A stretch of DNA of 60,624 nucleotides from Rhodothermales bacterium. GTDB taxonomy: Bacteria; Bacteroidota; Rhodothermia; Rhodothermales; JABDKH01. The position numbers and the translations under genes were made by a program. Where the stretch lies: positions 1 through 60,624 of the forward strand of contig JANQRN010000248.1 of assembly GCA_028284545.1 (NCBI GenBank), in the 5' to 3' direction. Below, piece by piece: positions 17,653-27,242 of this stretch. The notes under the pieces are model-generated. The model had not been told where the DNA came from. It ran no database searches and saw nothing but the letters and a program-made list of their open reading frames with translations. Each line of letters begins with the position of its first letter. The stretch's first letter is position 1.

Positions 17653-19611
17653 GTGATTTCAACACCTTCAGAGGCGCAGCCGAGCCTTCACCCGGACAAC
17701 CGATTTCTTGTTCCAAGTGCCCATGGTCCAGACGGAGCGGCAACCCGCTTCGAGCGTGTGCCGGTCGTCATCTTTCCTGATGCGGTTGGCATGTCGCGGC
17801 ACGCGGCGACTCGTATCCGCGAGGTAATGGATGACGCGCGGGCTGAAGGGCGGCAACCCGTGCTGGGTCTTCCAACGGGCTCTACGCCTATCGGCGTATA
17901 CCAGGAGCTCGTCAGAATGCATCGTGACGAGGGACTCGACTTCTCGGACGTCGTCACCTTCAACCTCGACGAATACTATCCGATCGAAATGGAGTCGCTA
18001 CAGAGCTATCACCGCTTCATGCGTGAGAACCTGTTCGACCACATCAATGTCAAGGACGAAAACATCCACATCCCGGACGGCAGCATCGCGCCCGACAAGG
18101 TTGTCCAGCACTGCCACGACTACGAGAAAGCGATAGCCGAAGCTGGAGGGATCGACCTCATGCTGCTAGGCATCGGCAGAAGCGGTCACATCGGGTTCAA
18201 TGAGCCGGGTTCTGAGATCGAGGATCGCACCCGGCTCATTGTGCTTGACGAGATCACGCGCAAGGACGCCGCCAGTGACTTCTTCGACGAGAAGAACGTG
18301 CCGCTCCAGGCCATCACTATGGGTGTTGGGACTATTCTGGAGGCGCGGGAGATCATTCTGATGGCAACCGGTGAGCACAAGGCGCCGATCATCAAGCGCG
18401 CGGTCGAGGAGAAACCGAACACGCACGTGACCGCGACATTCCTTCAGATGCACCCGAACGCGACGCTCTCGCTGAACGAAGCGGCCGCCGGCGCACTTAC
18501 GCGACGGAAGACGCCTTGGGCGGTAGACCGTGTCGAGTGGACTCCGGAGCTTGCAAAACGGGCCGTAATCTGGCTGAGCGAACGCGTCGAGAAGCCGATT
18601 CAGTGGTTGGAGGCGGGCGATTTTCATCGGCACCACCTGCACGATCTGGTCCACGCGTACGGCAGCGTCGATCAACTCTGCGATCGGGTCTTTCAGGAGC
18701 TCAAGGAGAGAATCCGCGATTCGGGCAGGTTGCCGTCGGGCTCCCGCGTCATCGTGTTTAGTCCGCACCCAGATGACGATGTCATCAGCATGGGCGGCAC
18801 ACTAGGGAAGCTCGTACGAAACGGCAATGATGTCAGCGTCGCGTACATGACGAACGGCTCCGTAGCCGTCTTTGACGCTGACCTGCGCCGCCATCTCGAT
18901 TTCCTCAAGATGGCCGCGCCATCGCTTCTGCCTGAAGGGGGATTCGACGAGGGCACCGACCGCATTGCCGGCATTACTGCCTTTCTGGATGGCAAGCTGC
19001 CGGCTCAGGTGGATACCGACGATGTGCAATCACTGAAGGCGTACATCCGCTACACCGAGGCGATCGCGGCGATCAGAGTGATGGGTCTTGACGCGTCAGC
19101 CGCGCGTTTCCTCGACATGCCCTTCTATAAGACCGGGCGTGTCAAGAAGGATCCGGTCGGTGAAGCAGATGTCCAGATCATCCTCGAACTGCTGCGTGAG
19201 GTCGGGCCGGACCACGTCTACGTGGCTGGCGACCTCTCAGACCCGCACGGAACGCACCGACTCTGCTACAGCGCCATCCGCGACGCGATGAAGCGCTACA
19301 ATGATTCGTTGCCCGCGGGCTCCGAGCAGCCAACTATATGGTTGTACCGCGGTGCCTGGCAGGAGTGGGAGATCCACGAGGCAGATGTCTTCATACCTAT
19401 CTCGAAGGCCGAGCTCGACCAGAAGATCGAGGCGATCTTCAAACACGAGAGTCAAAAGGATAGGGCGCTGTTTCCGGGCGCTTACGACGCGCGCGAATTC
19501 TGGCAGCGTGCGCGCGACCGAAATCGTGAGACCGCAGCATCGCTCGACAGCATCGGCCTTCCGCAGTTCTTTGCCGCAGAGGCATTTGTAACGTGCACTG
19601 ACATGCCGTAG
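17653..19611 (+). CDS. nagB: Glucosamine-6-phosphate deaminase fused to a PIG-L deacetylase-like domain
   Basis: LGLPTGSTP, TFNLDEY, GIGRSGHIGFNEPGS; C-terminal SPHPDDDVISMGGT and DPHGTH. Confidence 0.92.
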   Translation: MISTPSEAQPSLHPDNRFLVPSAHGPDGAATRFERVPVVIFPDAVGMSRHAATRIREVMDDARAEGRQPVLGLPTGSTPIGVYQELVRMHRDEGLDFSDVVTFNLDEYYPIEMESLQSYHRFMRENLFDHINVKDENIHIPDGSIAPDKVVQHCHDYEKAIAEAGGIDLMLLGIGRSGHIGFNEPGSEIEDRTRLIVLDEITRKDAASDFFDEKNVPLQAITMGVGTILEAREIILMATGEHKAPIIKRAVEEKPNTHVTATFLQMHPNATLSLNEAAAGALTRRKTPWAVDRVEWTPELAKRAVIWLSERVEKPIQWLEAGDFHRHHLHDLVHAYGSVDQLCDRVFQELKERIRDSGRLPSGSRVIVFSPHPDDDVISMGGTLGKLVRNGNDVSVAYMTNGSVAVFDADLRRHLDFLKMAAPSLLPEGGFDEGTDRIAGITAFLDGKLPAQVDTDDVQSLKAYIRYTEAIAAIRVMGLDASAARFLDMPFYKTGRVKKDPVGEADVQIILELLREVGPDHVYVAGDLSDPHGTHRLCYSAIRDAMKRYNDSLPAGSEQPTIWLYRGAWQEWEIHEADVFIPISKAELDQKIEAIFKHESQKDRALFPGAYDAREFWQRARDRNRETAASLDSIGLPQFFAAEAFVTCTDMP

Positions 19612-19624
19612 GCACCCGCGGCCG

Positions 19625-20458
19625 TTAGATCATCATGCGCTCCTTGAGATGCCGTGATCGTTCTCGGCTGGCGATTACTTCGTGCCCTCCTGTAAGGACC
19701 AGTTTGAAGCGGCCGCTAAACCACTGGATCATCTCCTGAATCGCGCCAATCTGCACGATCGCTGCGCGATGGACCCGCATGAACATCTCGGGGTCGAGAT
19801 TGGACTCCAACTGATCAAGCGTGTACGACACGATATGCGGCCGAACGTGCGACGCGCCATCGATTGGGTCCTCGTCGAAGACGTACAATCTGGTGATGCC
19901 TTCAGATATTTCGGCTGATAGAAGGCGATCTACCGGGACGATAAGGATCTTGTCACGGTATGGGATCGAAATCTGCTTGAGGGATGTGGACGCACTGGTC
20001 GGCGTCGGAGTCCCGGTGACGGCCTGCTCATCCAGCCAGTCCAGCAGTTTTGAGAGTCGCTCATTGCGGGCCGAGAGTGAGTCGGGCGTCAGGCGGACCT
20101 TTTCGGCGCGCCTTATGGCCTCCTCGATCCGCTCCTCCGATATCGGTTTGAGCAGGTAATCGATTGCGTTCGCCTCGAAGGCTCGAATGGCATACTCGTC
20201 ATACGCTGTTGTGAAGATGACGAGCGGCCGGTGGTCCGGGTGGATCCGCTCAAGCGTGTCAAAGCCGTCGAGTTCGGGCATCCGAATGTCAAGAAAGAGA
20301 ACGTCGACCGGATCTGCCTCGAGCAGCTTCAGGGTCTCGGGTCCGTTCGACGCCTCAGCGACGATCTCCAATCTCCCCGCATCCTCGGCCGACGCAAGCA
20401 GCCGTCGCAGTCTCTTGCGCGCGGGGGCTTCATCATCGACGATCATTACACGTAACAT
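19625..20458 (-). CDS. LytTR-family response regulator
   Basis: REC domain (IVDDE, FLDIRMP, FTTAYD, YLLKP) plus LytTR (FMRVHRAAIV). Start at ATG 20458. Confidence 0.92.
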   Translation of the reverse strand: MLRVMIVDDEAPARKRLRRLLASAEDAGRLEIVAEASNGPETLKLLEADPVDVLFLDIRMPELDGFDTLERIHPDHRPLVIFTTAYDEYAIRAFEANAIDYLLKPISEERIEEAIRRAEKVRLTPDSLSARNERLSKLLDWLDEQAVTGTPTPTSASTSLKQISIPYRDKILIVPVDRLLSAEISEGITRLYVFDEDPIDGASHVRPHIVSYTLDQLESNLDPEMFMRVHRAAIVQIGAIQEMIQWFSGRFKLVLTGGHEVIASRERSRHLKERMMI

Positions 20459-20468
20459 TCGGTCCCCG

Positions 20469-22961
20469 CTAATTCTTTTGGTCTTCGATCGGTATTCGCA
20501 GTCGCACGCTGGTCCCTTCGCCCGGAATGCTGGTAATCGAGAAGATGTCGTCTCGCCCATATAGCTGCTCCACCCGAGTGACGACGTTATTCAGTCCGAT
20601 CCCAAAGTAGTCACGATCACGACCGTCATCGTCGGTACTCCCAAACAACTCCGGAATTCCAATGCCGGTGTCTTTGACCAATATGCTCAAGGTTGTTCCG
20701 TTTGGTCGCGAGACGTCGACGGTTATCGTGCCGCCGTCGATCTTCTTTTCGATGCCATGCTTCACGGCGTTCTCGACGAGGGTCTGTATCGCAAATGCTG
20801 GTACGGGGAACGCCCGGGCTGACTGCTCGATCTGCTCCTCAATCACGAGCTTGTCGCCAAAACGCGCCTTCTCAATCGCGAGATAGTGGCGCACCAGAGT
20901 AAGCTCCTCGTCGACTGACACAAAGGTGCGATCCCCAGCATTCAGAATGTGTCGAAAGATCGCCGCCAGATGCTCCAGCGTTCGCTCGGCATCATCTGGC
21001 TTCTCCTCGATCAACGCCATTATTGTATTGAGTGCGTTGAAGAGAAAGTGCGGGTTAATCTGAGACCGCAAGGCAACAAGCTGTGCCTGCGCGGTTTCCC
21101 GCGTCAACATGTTCTGCCGCTCGACTAGCTTCACGCGCTCAACGGCCAACGCCAACTGCGTACTAAGCCAGCGGAGCTGGTCGATATCGTCCAGGTTGAA
21201 GACCTCGCTGCGTTCTCGCTTTCGGCCTAGTATCACGACGCCGATCGCGCCTTCCCGACCGACAATAGGAGCCGCTACTGCGGCGCCATGAGCCGCTAGA
21301 TCACTCGACACCTTGGACGGCATTGCACTGCGGTCGAGTTCGGCGTTGTGGGCCCATATCTGGCCATCCGCCGCGAAATGCGGCCAGATGTTACGGACAA
21401 ATGACTCCGTGATATAGGGTGGCTCCGGATGATAGTTGGCGGATATCCAATCGTCAGGCGAAGTCGGACTCTGCACGAAAATGACGGCTGATCGACTGTG
21501 GAAAGCCTCACCAACACGCTCGATCGTCTCCTTGAGCAGGTCTGGAAGCGCCACAACATCTCGCACGCTGTCCTGGAATTGGCTCAACAGCTGGGCCGTC
21601 CGCTGCCTTTCCGATGGGAATAGCGAAGAGGCGTATCGCATGACGGCACGGACACCTCTGTCGACGAGGAATAGTGTCATCACGGCGAACAGCGCGCCGA
21701 TCACATTTCGCCCACCGCTTTCTGGTGCCAGCTGCTGGTCGATCAGGCCCAAGCCCACGACAAAGAGAAAGAAGAGTATGCCTCCCGTGAGCGTATAGGC
21801 GAGGGCGCGTCGGACGACCGCGTCGACGCGCCCGTAACGCAGCGTCGCCAGAGAGACCAGGATCACTGGTGCCGTAGACAATAACTGAGCGAACACAACG
21901 AACCATCCCGCACGGGCCTGTCCCGAGGCAGTAAGCACCGGAACCACCCCCATAATTGTCAGGGCCGCGAGCACCGCAACAACAAGAACTACCTGGGAGC
22001 CGCGGTAGCTCCACTCGATTTCGTCGGTTTCGGGATTGCGCCAACCGCGCGCAAGGAGAATCAACGCAGACGCCAAAGCAATGTAGCACGAGGCGTAGAA
22101 CAGGATTGGACCAACAAGCTCGTCAAGCGTGAAAGGTCCGAGCGCACCAGACACAACGGCCGTGCCTGCGATAAGCACAAGGACGATTGTTGGGACGTAG
22201 ACAAGCACGACGAACCAGCTTCGCGCAACGGATGGAAAAGCGCGGCCTAGCACCCGCTGGTTGAGCAACGCTGGAAAGGCGATCCATCCGACCAGCGACA
22301 CGACGGCAGATGCATGCAGGACCGAATCAAACCTCGACCCCGACTCCGGTGCACCGAGGAACGCGACTGCAAGAATTCGCGCGAGGTTGCCGAAGATCCA
22401 TACAGCAGAGACAGCGATTAGGACCAGGGAAGATCGCGCGTCCCGACTTCGACGAGCAAGCGGGACCGCAACGATGAGTCCGAGTACATGCACAAACGCA
22501 GCGATGGCGAATCCCCAGAGCGAGAACTGCCAGAGTGTCTGTGAGCGGGGGTACAGAAACGTCGGGTAGCGGGTCAGCCGCACGTCGAGGTTCACATGGT
22601 CGTCGCCCCGCACTATGGTGTAGTGCACTACTTCGCCAGGCGCTACGCCCTGGATTGCGGTCCGCGCCAGCTCGTCGGTGAAGTACTGCTGGTAGTCGAT
22701 CAGGTAGAGTTCGTCGCCCTGTTCGATTCCGGCTTTGGCTCCCGGACCCCCTCGGTGGACGTAGCGTGCGGTGGTGAGCCCGTCAGTGTCTTCCCACTCA
22801 ACCCAGTCGTAGGATCGAACGCCGGCGTCGACGAGGGGTGTGGCGATGATTTGAGAGACCCTGATCCAATCAATTGCGGTCTGCGCTACGGGGTATAGCG
22901 CGACCACGGCGACCACAACGATGAACGCCTTTGCTAGTCTTGCGTTAGTCTCCGTCGCCAC
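20469..22961 (-). CDS. LytS-type histidine kinase with PDZ, multi-TM and GAF domains
   Basis: LRSQINPHFLFNALN H-box, QTLVENAVKHG, DTGIG; PDZ-like GGPGAKAGIEQGDEL; several TM helices; GAF-like segment. Confidence 0.9.
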   Translation of the reverse strand: MATETNARLAKAFIVVVAVVALYPVAQTAIDWIRVSQIIATPLVDAGVRSYDWVEWEDTDGLTTARYVHRGGPGAKAGIEQGDELYLIDYQQYFTDELARTAIQGVAPGEVVHYTIVRGDDHVNLDVRLTRYPTFLYPRSQTLWQFSLWGFAIAAFVHVLGLIVAVPLARRSRDARSSLVLIAVSAVWIFGNLARILAVAFLGAPESGSRFDSVLHASAVVSLVGWIAFPALLNQRVLGRAFPSVARSWFVVLVYVPTIVLVLIAGTAVVSGALGPFTLDELVGPILFYASCYIALASALILLARGWRNPETDEIEWSYRGSQVVLVVAVLAALTIMGVVPVLTASGQARAGWFVVFAQLLSTAPVILVSLATLRYGRVDAVVRRALAYTLTGGILFFLFVVGLGLIDQQLAPESGGRNVIGALFAVMTLFLVDRGVRAVMRYASSLFPSERQRTAQLLSQFQDSVRDVVALPDLLKETIERVGEAFHSRSAVIFVQSPTSPDDWISANYHPEPPYITESFVRNIWPHFAADGQIWAHNAELDRSAMPSKVSSDLAAHGAAVAAPIVGREGAIGVVILGRKRERSEVFNLDDIDQLRWLSTQLALAVERVKLVERQNMLTRETAQAQLVALRSQINPHFLFNALNTIMALIEEKPDDAERTLEHLAAIFRHILNAGDRTFVSVDEELTLVRHYLAIEKARFGDKLVIEEQIEQSARAFPVPAFAIQTLVENAVKHGIEKKIDGGTITVDVSRPNGTTLSILVKDTGIGIPELFGSTDDDGRDRDYFGIGLNNVVTRVEQLYGRDDIFSITSIPGEGTSVRLRIPIEDQKN

Positions 22962-23038
22962 AATCCGGACCAGTTTTCGGTAATTTGCCGGCTTGATCTG
23001 CCCATCAAGGTAACTAATACGCCAGAACGACTAATTAG

Positions 23039-23818
23039 ATGTACGTCGATACGCATGTCCACCTGAACCATCGGCGATACGCAGATGACATCGCAGAGGT
23101 CGTGGACCGCGCCCGCGCGGCAGGTGTGATGCAGATGCTGGTCCCAGCAATCGATGTGGACTCGATCGCCCGTGCCCTCGATCTGGCTGACCAGTTCGAT
23201 GGGCTGTTTGCGATGGCGGGGATACACCCTACACATACGCAGGAGGCGGGGGAAGACGACTTTGAAAGGGTGGTAGAACTGGCAGGCCACGATTCGGTAG
23301 TCGCGATCGGGGAGAGCGGACTGGACCATTACTGGGATCGTTCGTTTGATGACGTCCAGGAGGACTACCTGCGGCGCCACGTTCGTCTAGCGATCGAAAC
23401 GGACCTGCCTTTGGTATTGCACAACCGGGAAGCCTCAGCCGACCTCTTGCGGGTAGTAGCCGACGAACGCAGCCGGTCGCGCACTCCAGAACGGCTGCGC
23501 GGCGTCTTTCACTGCTTCTCGGGGCCGCCGGATGTTGGGCGGGCAGCGACCGAACTCGGCTTTTTCCTTGGAATTGGCGGCAACGTGACGTTCAAGAACA
23601 GCGCCACACGTGAGGCGCTGGCAGGTATTGACCGCTCCAGAATGCTGTTGGAAACTGATGGGCCGTTTCTCGCGCCGGTGCCGCATCGAGGAAAGCGAAA
23701 CGAACCTGCCCACATTCCGCTCATCGCTGACGTAATTGCCACTGAGCTTGGCGTAGCAGTTGCGGAGGTTGCGGAAGTCACGACTGAGAACGCGCGAAGA
23801 CTCTTCAACGTTAGCTAG
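23039..23818 (+). CDS. tatD: TatD-family hydrolase
   Basis: DTHVHL, GIHP, AIGESGLD, HCFSG, LETDGPFL. Confidence 0.93.
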   Translation: MYVDTHVHLNHRRYADDIAEVVDRARAAGVMQMLVPAIDVDSIARALDLADQFDGLFAMAGIHPTHTQEAGEDDFERVVELAGHDSVVAIGESGLDHYWDRSFDDVQEDYLRRHVRLAIETDLPLVLHNREASADLLRVVADERSRSRTPERLRGVFHCFSGPPDVGRAATELGFFLGIGGNVTFKNSATREALAGIDRSRMLLETDGPFLAPVPHRGKRNEPAHIPLIADVIATELGVAVAEVAEVTTENARRLFNVS

Positions 23819-23820
23819 CG

Positions 23821-23862
23821 AGAAAAAAGAAAGAGGCCGCACGGAAGTCCGCGCGGCCTCTT
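23821..23862 (-). terminator. Rho-independent terminator of dnaK (may be bidirectional with tatD)
   Basis: AAGAGGCCGC...GCGGCCTCTT stem followed on the minus strand by TCTTTTTT. Confidence 0.8.
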
Positions 23863-23903
23863 GATCATTCACCACTGACGAATCGCAGCCCTCGTCTGGC
23901 GGG

Positions 23904-25817
23904 CTAGGACGTCTCCTCGGCGTCTTCCACAACTTCGTAGTCGACGTCCTTTATGTCTCCAGAATCGCCGGCCTCAGCGTCAGCATCAGCCTGACCTTCG
24001 GCGGGCTGTTCTTGCTGAGCAGCGTACATCTCCTCCGAGGCTTCGCTCCAGGCCTGGTTCAGCTGCTCCATAGCCGACTCGATCTCGAGCAGGTTCCGCG
24101 ACTTGTGCGCTTCCTTGAGCCGCTCAAGTCCGGCCTCGATCTTGGCTTTCTTGTCGGCTGATAGCTTTTCACCAAACTCGCCCAGGTTCTTCTCCGACGT
24201 GAAGATCAAAGAGTCCGCCGCGTTGATCTTGTCTGCCTCGTCGCGCTTCTTCTTGTCGTCGTCGGCGTGTGCCTTGGCGTCGGCGCGCATCTTCTCGATC
24301 TCCTGCTCGGTAAGCCCAGACGAAGCCTCGATCCTGATGGACTGCTCCTTGCCGGTGGCTTTGTCTTTCGCGGATACGCTCAGGATACCGTTCGCGTCGA
24401 TGTCGAAGGTGACCTCGATCTGGGGTATACCGCGCGGTGCCGGCGGAATTCCATCGAGATAGAACTTGCCGATTGTCCGGTTGTCCGACGCCATTGATCG
24501 GTCGCCCTGGAGGACGTGGATTTCGACTGACGGTTGATTGTCACTCGCCGTTGAGAACGTTTCGCTCTTGCGCGTCGGAATCGTCGTGTTGGCGGGGATG
24601 AGTGCGGTCGACACGCCACCCATCGTCTCGATGCCCAGTGAAAGCGGCGTGACGTCGAGCAGCAGAACGTCAGATACATCACCTGACAGGACGCCGCCTT
24701 GAATTGCGGCGCCGGTGGCAACGACCTCGTCAGGGTTCACTGAACGGTTGGGTTTCTTTCCAAAGAAATCCTCAACTGTCTTCTGAACGAGCGGAATGCG
24801 CGTGGAACCACCTACGAGGATTACCTCGTCGATATCGCCCGTGGCAAGGCCGGCGTCCTGCAGTGCCTTCTTCATCGGGTCGATTGATCTCTTCACAAGG
24901 TCATCAACCAGTTGCTCGAACTTGGCCCGCGTGAGGTCCAGCGTAAGGTGCTTTGGTCCTTCGTCCTGGGTCGCCGTGATGAACGGGAGGTTGACCGTGG
25001 TCTGTGTGGAGCTCGACAGTTCGATCTTTGCTTTTTCGGCGGCTTCCTTCAGTCGCTGGAGCGCCATCGGATCTTTGCGCAGGTCGATACCTTCCTGCTT
25101 CTTGAACTCATCGGCGATGTAGTCGATTAGGCGCTGGTCAAAGTCGTCGCCGCCGAGGTGCGTATCGCCGCTGGTCGACTTCACTTCGAATACGCCGTCG
25201 GCAAGCTCGAGCACAGAGATGTCGTACGTCCCGCCACCAAGGTCATAGACCGCGATCGTTGATTCAGTGTCCTTCTTGTCAAGTCCGTAGGCAAGAGCGG
25301 CGGCCGTAGGCTCGTTGATGATCCGCTGCACCTTGAGCCCCGAGATCTCACCGGCCTCCTTGGTCGCGGTACGCTGGGCGTCATTGAAGTAAGCCGGGAC
25401 CGTGATAACGGCGTCCGTAACGCGTTCTCCCAGGTAGTCTTCAGCAGTCTGCTTCAGCTTTTGCAGAATCATCGCAGAGATCTCCTGGGGCGTGTACAGG
25501 CGATCATCCACCTTCACCCTGGCGGTGTTGTTGTCGCCGGCGACGACCTCGTACGGGATCGTCTTCATTTCGGACGTCACCTCGTCGAACGTCCGACCCA
25601 TGAACCGCTTGATCGAGAAGAGGGTCTTCTGCGGGTTGGTAATGGCCTGGCGCTTTGCCGGCGCGCCCACCAGGCGCTCGCCGTCCTTCTTGAAGGCAAC
25701 AACGGATGGGGTCGTGCGGGCTCCCTCGGCGTTGGTAATCACCGTAGGCTCACCGCCTTCCATCACGGCAACAACCGAATTCGTGGTGCCGAGGTCAATT
25801 CCGATAATCTTACCCAT
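23904..25817 (-). CDS. dnaK: Molecular chaperone DnaK
   Basis: [33 protein letters not shown]; full-length Hsp70. Confidence 0.99.
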   Translation of the reverse strand: MGKIIGIDLGTTNSVVAVMEGGEPTVITNAEGARTTPSVVAFKKDGERLVGAPAKRQAITNPQKTLFSIKRFMGRTFDEVTSEMKTIPYEVVAGDNNTARVKVDDRLYTPQEISAMILQKLKQTAEDYLGERVTDAVITVPAYFNDAQRTATKEAGEISGLKVQRIINEPTAAALAYGLDKKDTESTIAVYDLGGGTYDISVLELADGVFEVKSTSGDTHLGGDDFDQRLIDYIADEFKKQEGIDLRKDPMALQRLKEAAEKAKIELSSSTQTTVNLPFITATQDEGPKHLTLDLTRAKFEQLVDDLVKRSIDPMKKALQDAGLATGDIDEVILVGGSTRIPLVQKTVEDFFGKKPNRSVNPDEVVATGAAIQGGVLSGDVSDVLLLDVTPLSLGIETMGGVSTALIPANTTIPTRKSETFSTASDNQPSVEIHVLQGDRSMASDNRTIGKFYLDGIPPAPRGIPQIEVTFDIDANGILSVSAKDKATGKEQSIRIEASSGLTEQEIEKMRADAKAHADDDKKKRDEADKINAADSLIFTSEKNLGEFGEKLSADKKAKIEAGLERLKEAHKSRNLLEIESAMEQLNQAWSEASEEMYAAQQEQPAEGQADADAEAGDSGDIKDVDYEVVEDAEETS

Positions 25818-25878
25818 GTGTGGATACCTGTTCTTAAAGTCTGGATCGTTGGGAGTGTTGTCCGTTTACCCCTGATTG

Positions 25879-25893
25879 TCAATAACGGTGCCA
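25879..25893 (-). promoter_or_regulatory. Candidate sigma54-like -24/-12 element upstream of dnaK
   Basis: Minus strand reads TGGCACCGTTATTGA (consensus TGGCAC-N5-TTGC, with GA instead of GC). Confidence 0.4.
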
Positions 25894-25989
25894 GTGGTCA
25901 CAATGCGTCACATTGGCAGGGATTCCGAGCCTCGCGTCTGCAATCTTTTCAGGCACGCAGGGTATATTTGGAGCTGAAACCCGCCGCGT

Positions 25990-26580
25990 ATGCAAGCCGA
26001 CCACATTAGACACCTGCCGAATGCGTTGACGATCCTGCGGATGGTCGCCACGCCGGTAATCCTCGTGCTAATGTTCTCCCCGACGCTCGGCGGAAGGCTG
26101 GCAGCCCTGATTCTGTTCGTTCTGGCCGCGATCTCGGATTTTGCCGACGGTCACCTGGCCCGGCGGTACAACTCTCCAAGCCGGATCGGCAGGTTTCTGG
26201 ATCCGCTGGCCGACAAGGTGCTCGTACTCGGGACATTTATCGGACTGGCGTGGCTGCTTCCTGCGGTTGTGCCGTGGTGGGCCGTTGCAATCATCGCCGT
26301 CCGGGACGTGGCAGTGACTGTGCGTCGGATGTACGCTGAATCGCAGGGCAAGTCCGTGCGGACCCTCCCCATGGCCAAAACAAAGACTACGCTCCAGCTG
26401 GTATACCTGATCGGGATGCTCGCTGCCCTTGCCGCGGCGAAATTCCCAGGTTGGCTCGGATCGGTTGGCAACTGGGTCCTCGACAGCTGGATCCCAATGG
26501 CGCTTCTGCTGGCCGTTGTCGCTATCACCGCCTACACGGGCCTCCTTTACCTTCTTCGGGCTGAATACACATCGGAATGA
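25990..26580 (+). CDS. pgsA: CDP-diacylglycerol--glycerol-3-phosphate 3-phosphatidyltransferase
   Basis: PNALTILR and DFADGHLARR...GRFLDPLADK CDP-alcohol phosphotransferase signature. Confidence 0.9.
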   Translation: MQADHIRHLPNALTILRMVATPVILVLMFSPTLGGRLAALILFVLAAISDFADGHLARRYNSPSRIGRFLDPLADKVLVLGTFIGLAWLLPAVVPWWAVAIIAVRDVAVTVRRMYAESQGKSVRTLPMAKTKTTLQLVYLIGMLAALAAAKFPGWLGSVGNWVLDSWIPMALLLAVVAITAYTGLLYLLRAEYTSE

Positions 26581-27221
26581 CCACTCGAAAGCGTCTCGCG
26601 CGTGAGCTGCTGCGAATCGAAGCGTTCGTCTTCTCGCCGGAGAATCCGTTCACGTGGGCATCCGGGATCGTGGCTCCGATGTACTGCGACAACCGATTGA
26701 TTCTCGGCTTTCCGGGCGCACGATCGCTCGTTATCGATGCTTTCGCCGAAGCGTTCGACACGTTGGCAGAACCAAGGCCGGATCTGATCGTGGGTACGGC
26801 GACAGCGGGCATCCCGCATGCAGCTTGGCTTAGCGACCGACTGGACCTGCCAATGGCCTACGTGCGATCCGCTGCGAAGAAGCACGGACGGGGACGGCAG
26901 GTCGAGGGCGTCAGACCGGCCGGGCAGCGGGCCCTGCTGGTAGAGGATCTCGTTTCTACCGGCGGCTCCTCGATCACGGCGGTGAAAGCCTTAAGAAGTG
27001 AGGGCATTGACGTCAATGACGTCGTTGCGATCTTCTCGTACGGGCTGGAGGCGAGTCAGACCGCTTTCGACGCTGCGGGTTGCAGACTGCGAACCCTCAC
27101 CAATCTGGAATCTCTGCTTGAGGTGGCCGTTGAAGACGGACGTCTCGAGTTGGAGCAAGCCCATGAGATCGCGCGCTGGCGAGCAGGTCTTTCGGCGGCT
27201 CCCGCAACCTCGACGGACTAG
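26577..27221 (+). CDS. pyrE: Orotate phosphoribosyltransferase
   Basis: FTWASG..PMYCDNR, YVR..KKHG, VEDLVSTGGS PRPP motif. Confidence 0.95.
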   Translation: MTTRKRLARELLRIEAFVFSPENPFTWASGIVAPMYCDNRLILGFPGARSLVIDAFAEAFDTLAEPRPDLIVGTATAGIPHAAWLSDRLDLPMAYVRSAAKKHGRGRQVEGVRPAGQRALLVEDLVSTGGSSITAVKALRSEGIDVNDVVAIFSYGLEASQTAFDAAGCRLRTLTNLESLLEVAVEDGRLELEQAHEIARWRAGLSAAPATSTD

Positions 27222-27242
27222 CAACAGCGTCTACCAGACGAT

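Noticed and set aside
25818-25989. CIRCE element for dnaK
   Set aside because: No TTAGCACTC-N9-GAGTGCTAA match.
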